Source: Nitrospinales bacterium (GTDB lineage: Bacteria > Nitrospinota > Nitrospinia > Nitrospinales > VA-1). Taken from it: 64,000 bases of DNA. The position numbers and the translations under genes were made by a program. The stretch spans positions 1,532,226 to 1,596,225 of the forward strand of contig OZ242182.1 in the NCBI GenBank assembly GCA_965205835.1. Direction: 5' to 3'. Positions 50,256 to 58,107 of this stretch are shown here, in pieces. Positions within the stretch are counted from its first letter, which is position 1. Every line of letters starts with the position of its first letter. The notes beneath the pieces are model-generated. The model did not search any database. It was not told where the DNA came from and saw only the letters and a list, made by a program, of their open reading frames with translations.

Positions 50256-50633
50256 ATGCCAATTTACGAATACGAATGCGACAAATGCGGAGCCGTCTTT
50301 GAGGCCATGCAAGCCATTTCCGCCAAACCTTTCAAGACCTGCAATGGCCTGGGTTGCGACGATAAAGATAACGGAGAAGTCCACCGTCTGGTTTCCGCTT
50401 CCGGGTTTATCCTTAAAGGTTCGGGGTGGTATACTTCTGAATACCCTTCCGAAGCACGCAAGAAAGGCTGGGAAAAAGAAAGCAAACAGGGCAAAACCGA
50501 CACCAAAGCCCCGGCACCCGCGCCTGCTACAGAAACCTCCAAAACCCCTGAACCTGCGACCCCGGCTAAAAAGCCTGCGCCCAAAAACCCTTATTCCGGA
50601 GGGAAATCCAAAAAGGTCAAAGGCTCCAAATAA
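50256..50633 (+). CDS. FmdB-family zinc-ribbon protein with Lys/Pro/Ala-rich tail
   Basis: MPIYEYECDKCGAVFEAMQ ... CNGLGC ... is the CxxC...CxxxxC zinc ribbon of the FmdB/CxxC_CxxC_SSSS family. The C-terminal 60 aa are low-complexity. Confidence 0.8.
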   Translation: MPIYEYECDKCGAVFEAMQAISAKPFKTCNGLGCDDKDNGEVHRLVSASGFILKGSGWYTSEYPSEARKKGWEKESKQGKTDTKAPAPAPATETSKTPEPATPAKKPAPKNPYSGGKSKKVKGSK

Positions 50634-50648
50634 ATTGGCACCGGCACC

Positions 50649-51731
50649 ATGAATGACCGCCTGCACCAGAATATTTTTTATTCCATCATAGACGGGGTTC
50701 TGCTCATTTCCCCGACGTTCACCATTCAGGAAAGCAATTTGGTCGCCGAGGACCTGTTTCGTCGGTCCCGCGACTCGTTCGTTCACCGCGGCCTGGAAGA
50801 ATTGTTCCCCCGCCAGCCGCATGTACTCGACAAAGTCCGCAAAGTTCTGGTAACCGGAGCCTGTTATCACGATGTGGAGGCAGAAGGCGTGCGCAACATT
50901 CCCTCTTCCCGGTTCCCGGCTAATCTGACCCTATCACCCTATCTGGAGAGCGACGACTCTATTCAGGGGGTGATTATACTGGTCAAAAACATGACCCTGA
51001 TTCGAGAACTGGAGGAGCGACAAAGACCAGCAGACCAACTCAGCAAGCTGGAGGAGATCACAATGGGCATGGCTCATGAAATTCGCAACCCTTTGGGGGG
51101 TATCCGCGGGTCAGCCCAGCTTCTGCGCCAGGAAATCAAAAACAAATCGCATCAGGAATATCTCGATATCGTGGTTTCCGAAGTGGACCGGATAGACAGA
51201 ATGATCAAGAGAATGATGAGCCTGACCCGACCTCTCAACCTGAAACTGAAAAGCACCAATATCCATAAAGTTCTGGAAGAAATCCTGGTGCTCGAAAAAG
51301 ACAGTCTCACCCGCAAAAAGGGCCGGTTTGAGCAAATTTATGATCCCAGCCTGCCTCCCATTGAGGCCGATGAAGACCAATTGAAGCAGGTGTTTCTCAA
51401 CCTCATCAAAAATGCCATCGAAGCATCGAGAAAAGGCGGCAGAATCCAGATTGTCACCCGGGTTAGTTCAGGATATGCCATCAAGGCAGCCTCTTCTCCC
51501 GTCCCACAACAAAATATCGTGGTCGAAATCATCGATTCAGGAGAAGGCATGGATGAGGAAGCCCGAAAAAAACTGTTCACCCCCTTTCACACCACAAAAA
51601 AAAAGGGTAGCGGTTTAGGGCTTCCTGTTTCTCTGAAAATTGTCAAAGACCATTATGGAAAAATCAAAATCACCTCCGAAAAGGGATTAGGCACCACGGT
51701 ACAAGTGTTTCTCCCCAGCGGGCAGAGATGA
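50649..51731 (+). CDS. Cytoplasmic PAS-domain sensor histidine kinase (NtrB-like)
   Basis: There is no TM segment. An N-terminal PAS-like domain is followed by the H-box MGMAHEIRNPLGGIRGSAQLL, the N-box LNLIKNAIEA and G-boxes DSGEGM / GSGLGL. Confidence 0.9.
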   Translation: MNDRLHQNIFYSIIDGVLLISPTFTIQESNLVAEDLFRRSRDSFVHRGLEELFPRQPHVLDKVRKVLVTGACYHDVEAEGVRNIPSSRFPANLTLSPYLESDDSIQGVIILVKNMTLIRELEERQRPADQLSKLEEITMGMAHEIRNPLGGIRGSAQLLRQEIKNKSHQEYLDIVVSEVDRIDRMIKRMMSLTRPLNLKLKSTNIHKVLEEILVLEKDSLTRKKGRFEQIYDPSLPPIEADEDQLKQVFLNLIKNAIEASRKGGRIQIVTRVSSGYAIKAASSPVPQQNIVVEIIDSGEGMDEEARKKLFTPFHTTKKKGSGLGLPVSLKIVKDHYGKIKITSEKGLGTTVQVFLPSGQR

Positions 51732-51743
51732 TAAGATAAAAAC

Positions 51744-53198
51744 ATGACAGACAAACAGAATAAAATCCTCATCGTTGATGACGAGCAAAACATTCTCTGG
51801 GTCTTGAAAAAAGGACTGGAAAAGAAGAACTATCGCGTCCACACCGCCTCATCCGGACGGGAAGCACTGAAAAAGCTGGCCGCCAACCAATACCTGATGA
51901 TGTTTTCCGACATTTTCATGGAGGATACCGACGGACTGCAACTTCTCGAACATACCCGGAAGGTTTCTCCCAACTTGAAAGTGGTGATGATGACCGCTCA
52001 GGACACCATGAACAACACCATCGAGGCTATGCGACTGGGGGCCTACGACTACATAGCCAAGCCGTTCGATTTCAAAGAGATTTTTCGCTTGATCGACAAG
52101 GCGGAAACTGCCCGGTCCGTTTCCGCACCGACCTCCGACTTGTCCGACCAGAATCAGGAAGTCGGCGAGCAAGGCACCATATCCTCGATCATTGGCAAGA
52201 GCAAACGCATGCAGGAAATTTTTAAAACCATCGGTAAGTCGGCGAGCTCCGACCTGTCGATCCTGATTACCGGAGAAAGCGGGACAGGTAAGGAAATGGT
52301 GGCCAGCACGCTCCATCAGTACTCGCACCGCAAGAACCAGCCCTTTATTTGCATTAACTGCGCCGCCATCTCCCGCGAACTTTTGGAGTCGGAGCTGTTT
52401 GGTCATGAGCGCGGGGCTTTCACCGGGGCCATAGAGACCAAGATCGGAAAATTTCAGCAGGCCGATAGAGGCACCCTGTTTCTCGATGAAATTGGCGACA
52501 TGGAGCTGCCCCTGCAAGCTAAAATCCTCCGCGTTCTGCAAAACAATGAATTCTACCGGGTGGGAGGCAAAAATCCGATCACCGTTAATGTTCGGGTCAT
52601 TGCCGCGACCAACCAGGACTTGACAGACATGATGGACCTGAAACGGTTTCGCGAAGACCTGTATCACCGCCTGAACGTCATCCATATTGATATTCCACCG
52701 TTAAGAGAACGGCTGGAAGATGTACCCCTGCTGGCCAATCATTTCATCCGCCGATACACCGATTCGCTTTCATGCGAAAAAGTCTATCTCTCCCCCGATG
52801 TCGAACGCATCCTCGGCGGTTATCACTGGAGCGGCAACATCCGCGAGCTTGAAAACGTCATCAAACGCGCGTTGATGCTGGCCCTTTCCGGCCCCATCCT
52901 GCCGGAGCACCTGCCGCCACACCTGCAAGAAGACATCACCACCGACGATGAAGGACAATGGGATGAACGCCTGAACCGGTTGCTGAAAGACTTTCTTATT
53001 AACAACCATGAAGAAGGGACGATTTATCAAACCCTCGTACAAAAAATTGAAAAACATCTTTTTGAAATTCTTCTAGGCAAATATTCCGGCAAACAGGTCG
53101 CCACCGCCAAGGCTCTGGGCATCAACCGCAATACCCTCAAAAGAAAAATTGACGCCATGGAAATTTCGCCCAAAAATCACAAGTCCAACGGCTCCTGA
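51744..53198 (+). CDS. Sigma-54-dependent response regulator (NtrC family)
   Basis: The receiver domain shows ILIVDDE ... SDIFM. The AAA+ domain shows the GESGTGKE Walker A motif, ESELFGHERGAFTGA (the GAFTGA loop) and RVIAATN. A C-terminal Fis-type HTH reads ALGINRNTLKRKI. Confidence 0.95.
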   Translation: MTDKQNKILIVDDEQNILWVLKKGLEKKNYRVHTASSGREALKKLAANQYLMMFSDIFMEDTDGLQLLEHTRKVSPNLKVVMMTAQDTMNNTIEAMRLGAYDYIAKPFDFKEIFRLIDKAETARSVSAPTSDLSDQNQEVGEQGTISSIIGKSKRMQEIFKTIGKSASSDLSILITGESGTGKEMVASTLHQYSHRKNQPFICINCAAISRELLESELFGHERGAFTGAIETKIGKFQQADRGTLFLDEIGDMELPLQAKILRVLQNNEFYRVGGKNPITVNVRVIAATNQDLTDMMDLKRFREDLYHRLNVIHIDIPPLRERLEDVPLLANHFIRRYTDSLSCEKVYLSPDVERILGGYHWSGNIRELENVIKRALMLALSGPILPEHLPPHLQEDITTDDEGQWDERLNRLLKDFLINNHEEGTIYQTLVQKIEKHLFEILLGKYSGKQVATAKALGINRNTLKRKIDAMEISPKNHKSNGS

Positions 53199-53207
53199 TC
53201 TAACTTC

Positions 53208-53319
53208 CATGCTAAGCCAATACGTCTTCTCCGTTGAAATCCATGCTAAACCCGCAACGATTCAGGAGATTAACCGGTCTTTCTCATGCTAAGCCGATGT
53301 ATCTTCTCCGTTGAAACCC
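53208..53319 (+). repeat. Direct duplication of the 5' end of the downstream gene (two 35-nt copies, 77 nt apart)
   Basis: By hand alignment, 53208-53242 (CATGCTAAGCCAATACGTCTTCTCCGTTGAAATCC) matches 53285-53319 (CATGCTAAGCCGATGTATCTTCTCCGTTGAAACCC) at 30 of 35 positions. The upstream copy opens a 27-codon ORF (53209-53292, MLSQYVFSVEIHAKPATIQEINRSFSC). Its stop overlaps the downstream ATG at 53286. Confidence 0.8.
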
Positions 53320-54239
53320 CGGTTGGGTCGCCGGTGGAAATCGTCCGCCACACATTTTCCTCGCATTTACCAAAACCAGCCAAGCGCGTCTCGCTGGTTG
53401 CCGGCCTGCACGGCGATGAACTGGAAGGACTCTATATCTGCCACCGGCTGATAGAGACCCTGAAAAATCTGGAAGAACAAAATGCTTTCAAAGGCGAGGT
53501 CCACATTTATCCGGCGGTCAATCCGCAGGCCCTTGAAACAGGAACCCGCCTGTGGCCTTTTTTTTCCGTCGATATCAATCGCACCTTCGGCCAAACAAAC
53601 ACACCCTCTCTGCCCAGCGAGGTATCGAAAACCATATTGGAAGATTTAAAGTCCAACTCTGACCTAGTGGTCGATGTTCATTCCAGCAATCTTCACCTGA
53701 TGGAACTGCCGCAAATAAGAGTCATCAAGAGTTTTGAAAAGAAACTCGTGCCGCTGGCAAAATTTTGCAACGTCGACCTGATCTGGGTCCATCCCCATGC
53801 AGAGATTTTTGAGTCCACCCTCGGTTACAGCCTGAACCATGCCAAAATACCCACTCTCGTCATCGAAACTGGAATCTGCCTGCGCATTGACAAAAGTTAT
53901 TGCGAGCAGATTGTTTTCGGCATCCTCAACCTGCTTCAACAAACCGGCACGCTCGAGTCTGGCGAACCCTTAGCTGAAGTCACGTCGCCAAAGGTAGCGC
54001 AACCCGAATACGTCACCATGATCCAGGCTGAGAATGCCGGGTTATTCGTTAAACAAACAGAAGTGGGGCAAATAATAACCGAAGGAGAAAAAATCGGCGA
54101 CCTCATCGACCCTGTCGAAGGAAAAGTACTGGAAGAAATCCGTTCGCCCTGTTCCGGCCTTCTCTTCACCCTCAGGGAACATCCTCTGACTTCAAAAGGC
54201 GCGCCCCTGGCCCGCATCGCCATCGAGGAACCGGCATGA
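53286..54239 (+). CDS. Succinylglutamate desuccinylase/aspartoacylase (AstE/AspA, M14-like) family protein, catalytic-type
   Basis: The zinc-ligand pattern is intact: LVAGLHGDELEG (H42, E45) and DLVVDVHSSN. The length is 317 aa. Confidence 0.8.
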   Translation: MLSRCIFSVETPVGSPVEIVRHTFSSHLPKPAKRVSLVAGLHGDELEGLYICHRLIETLKNLEEQNAFKGEVHIYPAVNPQALETGTRLWPFFSVDINRTFGQTNTPSLPSEVSKTILEDLKSNSDLVVDVHSSNLHLMELPQIRVIKSFEKKLVPLAKFCNVDLIWVHPHAEIFESTLGYSLNHAKIPTLVIETGICLRIDKSYCEQIVFGILNLLQQTGTLESGEPLAEVTSPKVAQPEYVTMIQAENAGLFVKQTEVGQIITEGEKIGDLIDPVEGKVLEEIRSPCSGLLFTLREHPLTSKGAPLARIAIEEPA

Positions 54240-55204
54240 AAGAAAAAGTCCTCTCCGTCCCAACTGCGTTCGGCGCCCCGCTGGAACTTTATAAAAATAC
54301 TTGGGGGAAGTCCGACCACGAAAGCCTTTCTATTGTCAGCGGATTGCAAGGCGACCTTTTGAACGGCATGTATCTAAGTTCGCGCCTGTCGCAGTTTCTC
54401 GACAGCGTGGTCGAAGGCGTCGACCCCAACTACACCCTCAAAGGACAGGTCATCAGTTTCCCGGTAGCCAACCTGAACGCCATTCAATCCGGCTCCAGGT
54501 TATGGCCATACGACGGCATGGATATGGACCTGGCGTTTCCCGGCAACCCCGAAGGTGAAACCAGCGAGGCATTGGCTTCCGCCGTTTATACACATACGGC
54601 GGATTCCTATTGGGGACTCATCCTGCAATCAGCCCCGCCGCATTATGAGGACGCCCTGCATATCCAGGTCACAAAGCTGGACGGAAGAATCAAAAAGCTG
54701 GCCCGCGACCTACAAATCGATACCGTGCGCAAGTTAAATGAAACCTCAAAAGTCAGCTTGTTTCATCAATGGCACGCGCATGACATCATCGCCGCCACCC
54801 TGTCAGCCGGATCTCCCCGGACCCTGAACGTTCAGCAATGCGAGACCCTGTTCCAAGGCATCGTGAATTTTATGGTTGCGGAGAAAATCCTGAAAGATAA
54901 AAGAAAATCAAAGGGAAATACCAAATCCCGATTTTATGAACCGGAGAATGAAGTCGCCGTTATTGCCAGCACAGCAGGGATGTTTCTCAAAGAAGTGGAG
55001 GTGGGAACCGCCGTCCAAGCCGGACAAAAGATAGGAGAAGTCCGCGACATTTATAGCGGTAAAAGACGAGAAGAGATCACAGCAACGACGGACGGGTTTC
55101 TCGTGACGCTAAGGCAACACCCCATTGTTTACGAAAAAGAACCTATTGCCATAATCCTGACCACAAAAAAATCCTGGAGGGAGTATCTCCCCTGGCCAGC
55201 GTGA
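54236..55204 (+). CDS. AstE/AspA-family paralog with substituted metal ligands (probable pseudoenzyme)
   Basis: It is colinear with the upstream paralog, but the ligand positions read IVSGLQGDLLNG (Q38, L41) and WGLILQSAP. The start overlaps the upstream stop (ATGA). Confidence 0.75.
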   Translation: MKEKVLSVPTAFGAPLELYKNTWGKSDHESLSIVSGLQGDLLNGMYLSSRLSQFLDSVVEGVDPNYTLKGQVISFPVANLNAIQSGSRLWPYDGMDMDLAFPGNPEGETSEALASAVYTHTADSYWGLILQSAPPHYEDALHIQVTKLDGRIKKLARDLQIDTVRKLNETSKVSLFHQWHAHDIIAATLSAGSPRTLNVQQCETLFQGIVNFMVAEKILKDKRKSKGNTKSRFYEPENEVAVIASTAGMFLKEVEVGTAVQAGQKIGEVRDIYSGKRREEITATTDGFLVTLRQHPIVYEKEPIAIILTTKKSWREYLPWPA

Positions 55205-55241
55205 AGTCACTGGGCGTGGGGCTAGTGAAAACCTTGAACTT

Positions 55242-55293
55242 CCCCCTGACAAGGGGGATTAAGGGGGGTTGGTTTTTTTGGCTCCCTCTTTTT
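55242..55293 (+). repeat. 52-bp repeat, copy A (inverted partner at 56669-56720)
   Basis: CCCCCTGACAAGGGGGATTAAGGGGGGTTGGTTTTTTTGGCTCCCTCTTTTT contains the hairpin CCCCCT-GACA-AGGGGG. A second hairpin, CCCTCTTT-TTC-AAAGAGGG, follows directly. The repeat lies between two convergent genes, so it probably doubles as a bidirectional terminator. Confidence 0.9.
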
Positions 55294-55317
55294 CAAAGAG
55301 GGCTGGGGTGATTCACC

Positions 55318-56382
55318 TTATTTCATCTCTGGTTCGAGCGGTCGACCGTTTGCTTTTTTCTGCTCAATTTCCTCGACCGCTTTTTCTATGGCGAGAAATC
55401 GCGTGGCTGTTGAGGGGTGGGTACTGCCCTGCAGATTGATGGCATTGGGGTGGGCAGTAGCCATCCTGCGCCACAATGCCGCCGCGCCTTTGACATCATC
55501 ATAACCCGCTTTCGCCGCGTAGTAGGAGCCGACATAATCCGCCTCTGCTTCATATTCCTGCGAGTAGGCCATTGACCCGAGGTCGGCCGCCAAGTTGGAT
55601 GTGTTCACCCCCGTCAATACCAGGACCGTCGCGTCGACCAAGGCCCCCATCACCCGGTTGCCCAATTTGCTAAGAGAATGTCCCATTGTATTGTGTGCCA
55701 TTTCGTGGGCGATCACCAGCGCCAGCTCGTCGTCTGAGTCGACGAATTTCAGCATTCCGGTGGTGATGTATATTTTGTCCCCATCAGCGAAGGCGTTCAC
55801 GTCTTCCGACTCTTTTATCTGGATCGAGGAATAACAGGCTTTCACTCCGTCAATGGTCAGGTCAAGATGCTTCACCCCACGCTGAATCCGCAACTTCAGC
55901 TTTCCACTATCGCCCTTACTCCAGGATTTGACCCGGTCGATCAGGGTGGTAAGTGTGCCTTCTTTTTCTCCATTGACCAGAATGATTTTGTCGCGCACTT
56001 GTAGTCCGGCTCGATCTGCCGGGGTTCCGGCAGGTACTGCTCTAACCGTGAGCTTACCGTCCACACCATAGAGTTTTCCCCAAGCTATTTTAGCGATGTC
56101 ATTATTTATTTTTTCAGGGGCACTGTGGAACCCAGCGTACCAACGGGCATCATCACCACAGTCGTTAGCATTAACCGAGAGCACCGGAAAAGCCACCCGG
56201 CTGAGCCGAGCAGAAAGTTTCACTCTCTCGGTGATGGCGGTTTCCATCTGGCGAAGAGCTTCGGCCCGGGCTTGGTCAGCGTCGATGGTCGGAGTCCGGG
56301 TTTTCGGAGCACAGGCCGATAAAAGAAAAACAGCGACCACAATTACTCCCACTCTATAATTCTGTTTCATGGAACACCTCAA
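55318..56382 (-). CDS. M48-family zinc metallopeptidase lipoprotein with PDZ domain
   Basis: The lipobox is LLSACAP. The PDZ-like segment reads AGLQVRDKIILVNGEK. The motif is HEMAHNTMGH, an HExxH, with a downstream E in YEAEADY. Confidence 0.9.
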   Translation of the reverse strand: MRCSMKQNYRVGVIVVAVFLLSACAPKTRTPTIDADQARAEALRQMETAITERVKLSARLSRVAFPVLSVNANDCGDDARWYAGFHSAPEKINNDIAKIAWGKLYGVDGKLTVRAVPAGTPADRAGLQVRDKIILVNGEKEGTLTTLIDRVKSWSKGDSGKLKLRIQRGVKHLDLTIDGVKACYSSIQIKESEDVNAFADGDKIYITTGMLKFVDSDDELALVIAHEMAHNTMGHSLSKLGNRVMGALVDATVLVLTGVNTSNLAADLGSMAYSQEYEAEADYVGSYYAAKAGYDDVKGAAALWRRMATAHPNAINLQGSTHPSTATRFLAIEKAVEEIEQKKANGRPLEPEMK

Positions 56383-56540
56383 GTCTTAAAATTTCACCCA
56401 TCCTATAAATTTATGCGGCATACGTCAACACAATACCGTAACCCTTCCGGGCATAAAGTTAATGTTGGGAAAATCACAATACAGATGAACAGAGATAAGT
56501 TCTTCCCCTGACAAGGGTAGGTTGGGAGAGGGTTTAGCTT

Positions 56541-56609
56541 GTCATTGCGAGTGCAACGAAGCAATCTAGAGACTGGATCGCCGCACTCCTTTTAGTCGTT
56601 CGCGATGAC
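56541..56609. repeat. Palindromic REP/MITE-like unit
   Basis: GTCATTGCGA (56541-56550) ... TCGCGATGAC (56600-56609) are 10-bp terminal inverted repeats. The architecture matches the element at 642-714. A degenerate direct copy of the 52-bp repeat (about 56507-56535) lies on one side, and inverted copy B lies on the other. Confidence 0.45.
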
Positions 56610-56668
56610 GATTTAAGCAACTCCCTCAGTCCCATCGAACAAAACGTACTCCTAATTGTTCGAGTTTA

Positions 56669-56720
56669 AAAAAGAGGGAGCCAAAAAAACCAACCCCCCT
56701 TAATCCCCCTTGTCAGGGGG
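56669..56720 (-). repeat. 52-bp repeat, copy B (perfect reverse complement of 55242-55293)
   Basis: AAAAAGAGGGAGCCAAAAAAACCAACCCCCCTTAATCCCCCTTGTCAGGGGG is the exact reverse complement of copy A over all 52 positions, checked base by base. Confidence 0.9.
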
Positions 56721-57323
56721 GAGATTATCAATGTATTGCGCTTGAGTGTTCAGTCTGCCTTATGGGCAATGCAGTACTGCCCCAGGCGTGGCCCGGTTAG
56801 ATGTGTATGAGGAAGAGGATCATGCCGCCGAAGCACAGTCCCCCCCCAGAACAGTCATAATGTTTCCCCGCGTGGATTTGGGTTTCATCTCCTCCTTGGT
56901 TTTACCGTAGCGATCGTGCGGGTCTTTAAAGGCTTCCTCATGTGCTTTTTCCCATTTGGCGCATAGACTGAGGATAAAAGAGCTCACAATAGCCATCGCT
57001 ATTGCCTAAACCTGTTCTTCAGCTAAAAAATCCATTCTTTCTCCTTCCACTCGGTGTGAGGCCAAAGGGCAATAACTCGTTGGGTCGAAAATATCTTTGC
57101 TAGCGGTAAAAGGTATTGCTAGTTACTAGCGGAGGTAGTCCGCGCGAAACAATTGGGGTTTCAGGAAAACCCCATCTTCATGAACATGGGGACCGGGCCC
57201 TATTACATCAATTACTTCTTAATAAACAAATAGTTCAGAACCAAAAAAGGTTGCCACCCCTTCGGGTATGGGTTAAGCTTCAATCGAAGTTTCATTGTAA
57301 AACCGTTATTTGGCGGCACCATT

Positions 57324-58019
57324 ATGAACAGCACCAAGACCGAACTGGTCATTGACCAAGAAAATACCGGCTATCGCTATTCCATCGAACCATTTCTGCT
57401 AGCCGATTTCATGCCCTTGTTGCCGGGCCAGTCGGTGCTCGATATCGGCACCGGTTGTGGCATCATTCCTCTTTTGATAGTTCACCGGCAACCGACACTT
57501 GAAGTAACCGCCATTGAAATTCAGGATTGCACCCAGGCACAAAAAAATATTCACAAAAACGCAATGGGTCAGCAGATTTCTCTCATTCAAGGTGATTTCC
57601 TGAAGGAAGCAGAAAACCTGCAGCCTGAATTTTTCGACCATATTGTTTCTAATCCACCTTACCGGAAGGTTCAGACAGGGCGGATCAATCCCGATTCCGG
57701 CAAAGCCCTGGCCCGGCACGAGCTGTCCCTTAGCATGAGTTCCCTGCTGAAGAAATCGGCTCCACTGCTAAAAAAAGGCGGGCAGATAAGCTTGGCCTAT
57801 CCGCCCGAACGACTGAGCGAACTCATGCGGGAACTGGAATGCGGGAGTCTATATCCCAGCCAAGCACGTTTTGTCCATGGCAATTACCGGGCTCCAGCAA
57901 AAATCGTTCTGGTTTCCGCCCTTAAAGAAAAAAAAGCCGATTTTAGCGTGGCCCCGCCGCTGACAGTCTATAATGAGGACGGCACCTATTCAAAAGAGAC
58001 GGAGAACCTCCGCAGGTGA
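57324..58019 (+). CDS. tRNA1(Val) (adenine37-N6)-methyltransferase-like (TrmN6/YfiC family)
   Basis: YRYSIEPFLLADF ... VLDIGTGCGIIPL ... the catalytic VSNPPYRK motif ... ARHE, over 231 aa. Confidence 0.8.
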   Translation: MNSTKTELVIDQENTGYRYSIEPFLLADFMPLLPGQSVLDIGTGCGIIPLLIVHRQPTLEVTAIEIQDCTQAQKNIHKNAMGQQISLIQGDFLKEAENLQPEFFDHIVSNPPYRKVQTGRINPDSGKALARHELSLSMSSLLKKSAPLLKKGGQISLAYPPERLSELMRELECGSLYPSQARFVHGNYRAPAKIVLVSALKEKKADFSVAPPLTVYNEDGTYSKETENLRR

Positions 58020-58107
58020 CTGGCAATAGCTTTAAACTGAAGGCAAACGTTTTCCCGGCTGAACGAGCCAGCTACCTGCCTCTACGGCGAGTGGATGCGA
58101 AAAATTT

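Noticed and set aside
51849-52685. A 278-aa minus-strand ORF (similar long antisense ORFs lie at 50226-50870, 49205-49702, 13784-14407, 11697-12179, 18970-19536 and 24174-24782)
   Set aside because: All of them lie antisense to strongly supported genes: ntrC-like, the HK/fmdB genes, ilvE, rpoD, dnaG, the DUF502 gene and the MFP gene. They have Gly/Arg/Pro-rich shadow composition typical of the opposite strand of GC-biased codons.
53268-53292. A sigma-54-like GG-N10-GC spacing (CCGGTCTTTCTCATGCT) downstream of the NtrC-like gene
   Set aside because: Only the GG and GC dinucleotides match the TGGCAC-N5-TTGC consensus. The GC falls inside the start codon of the gene it would have to drive.
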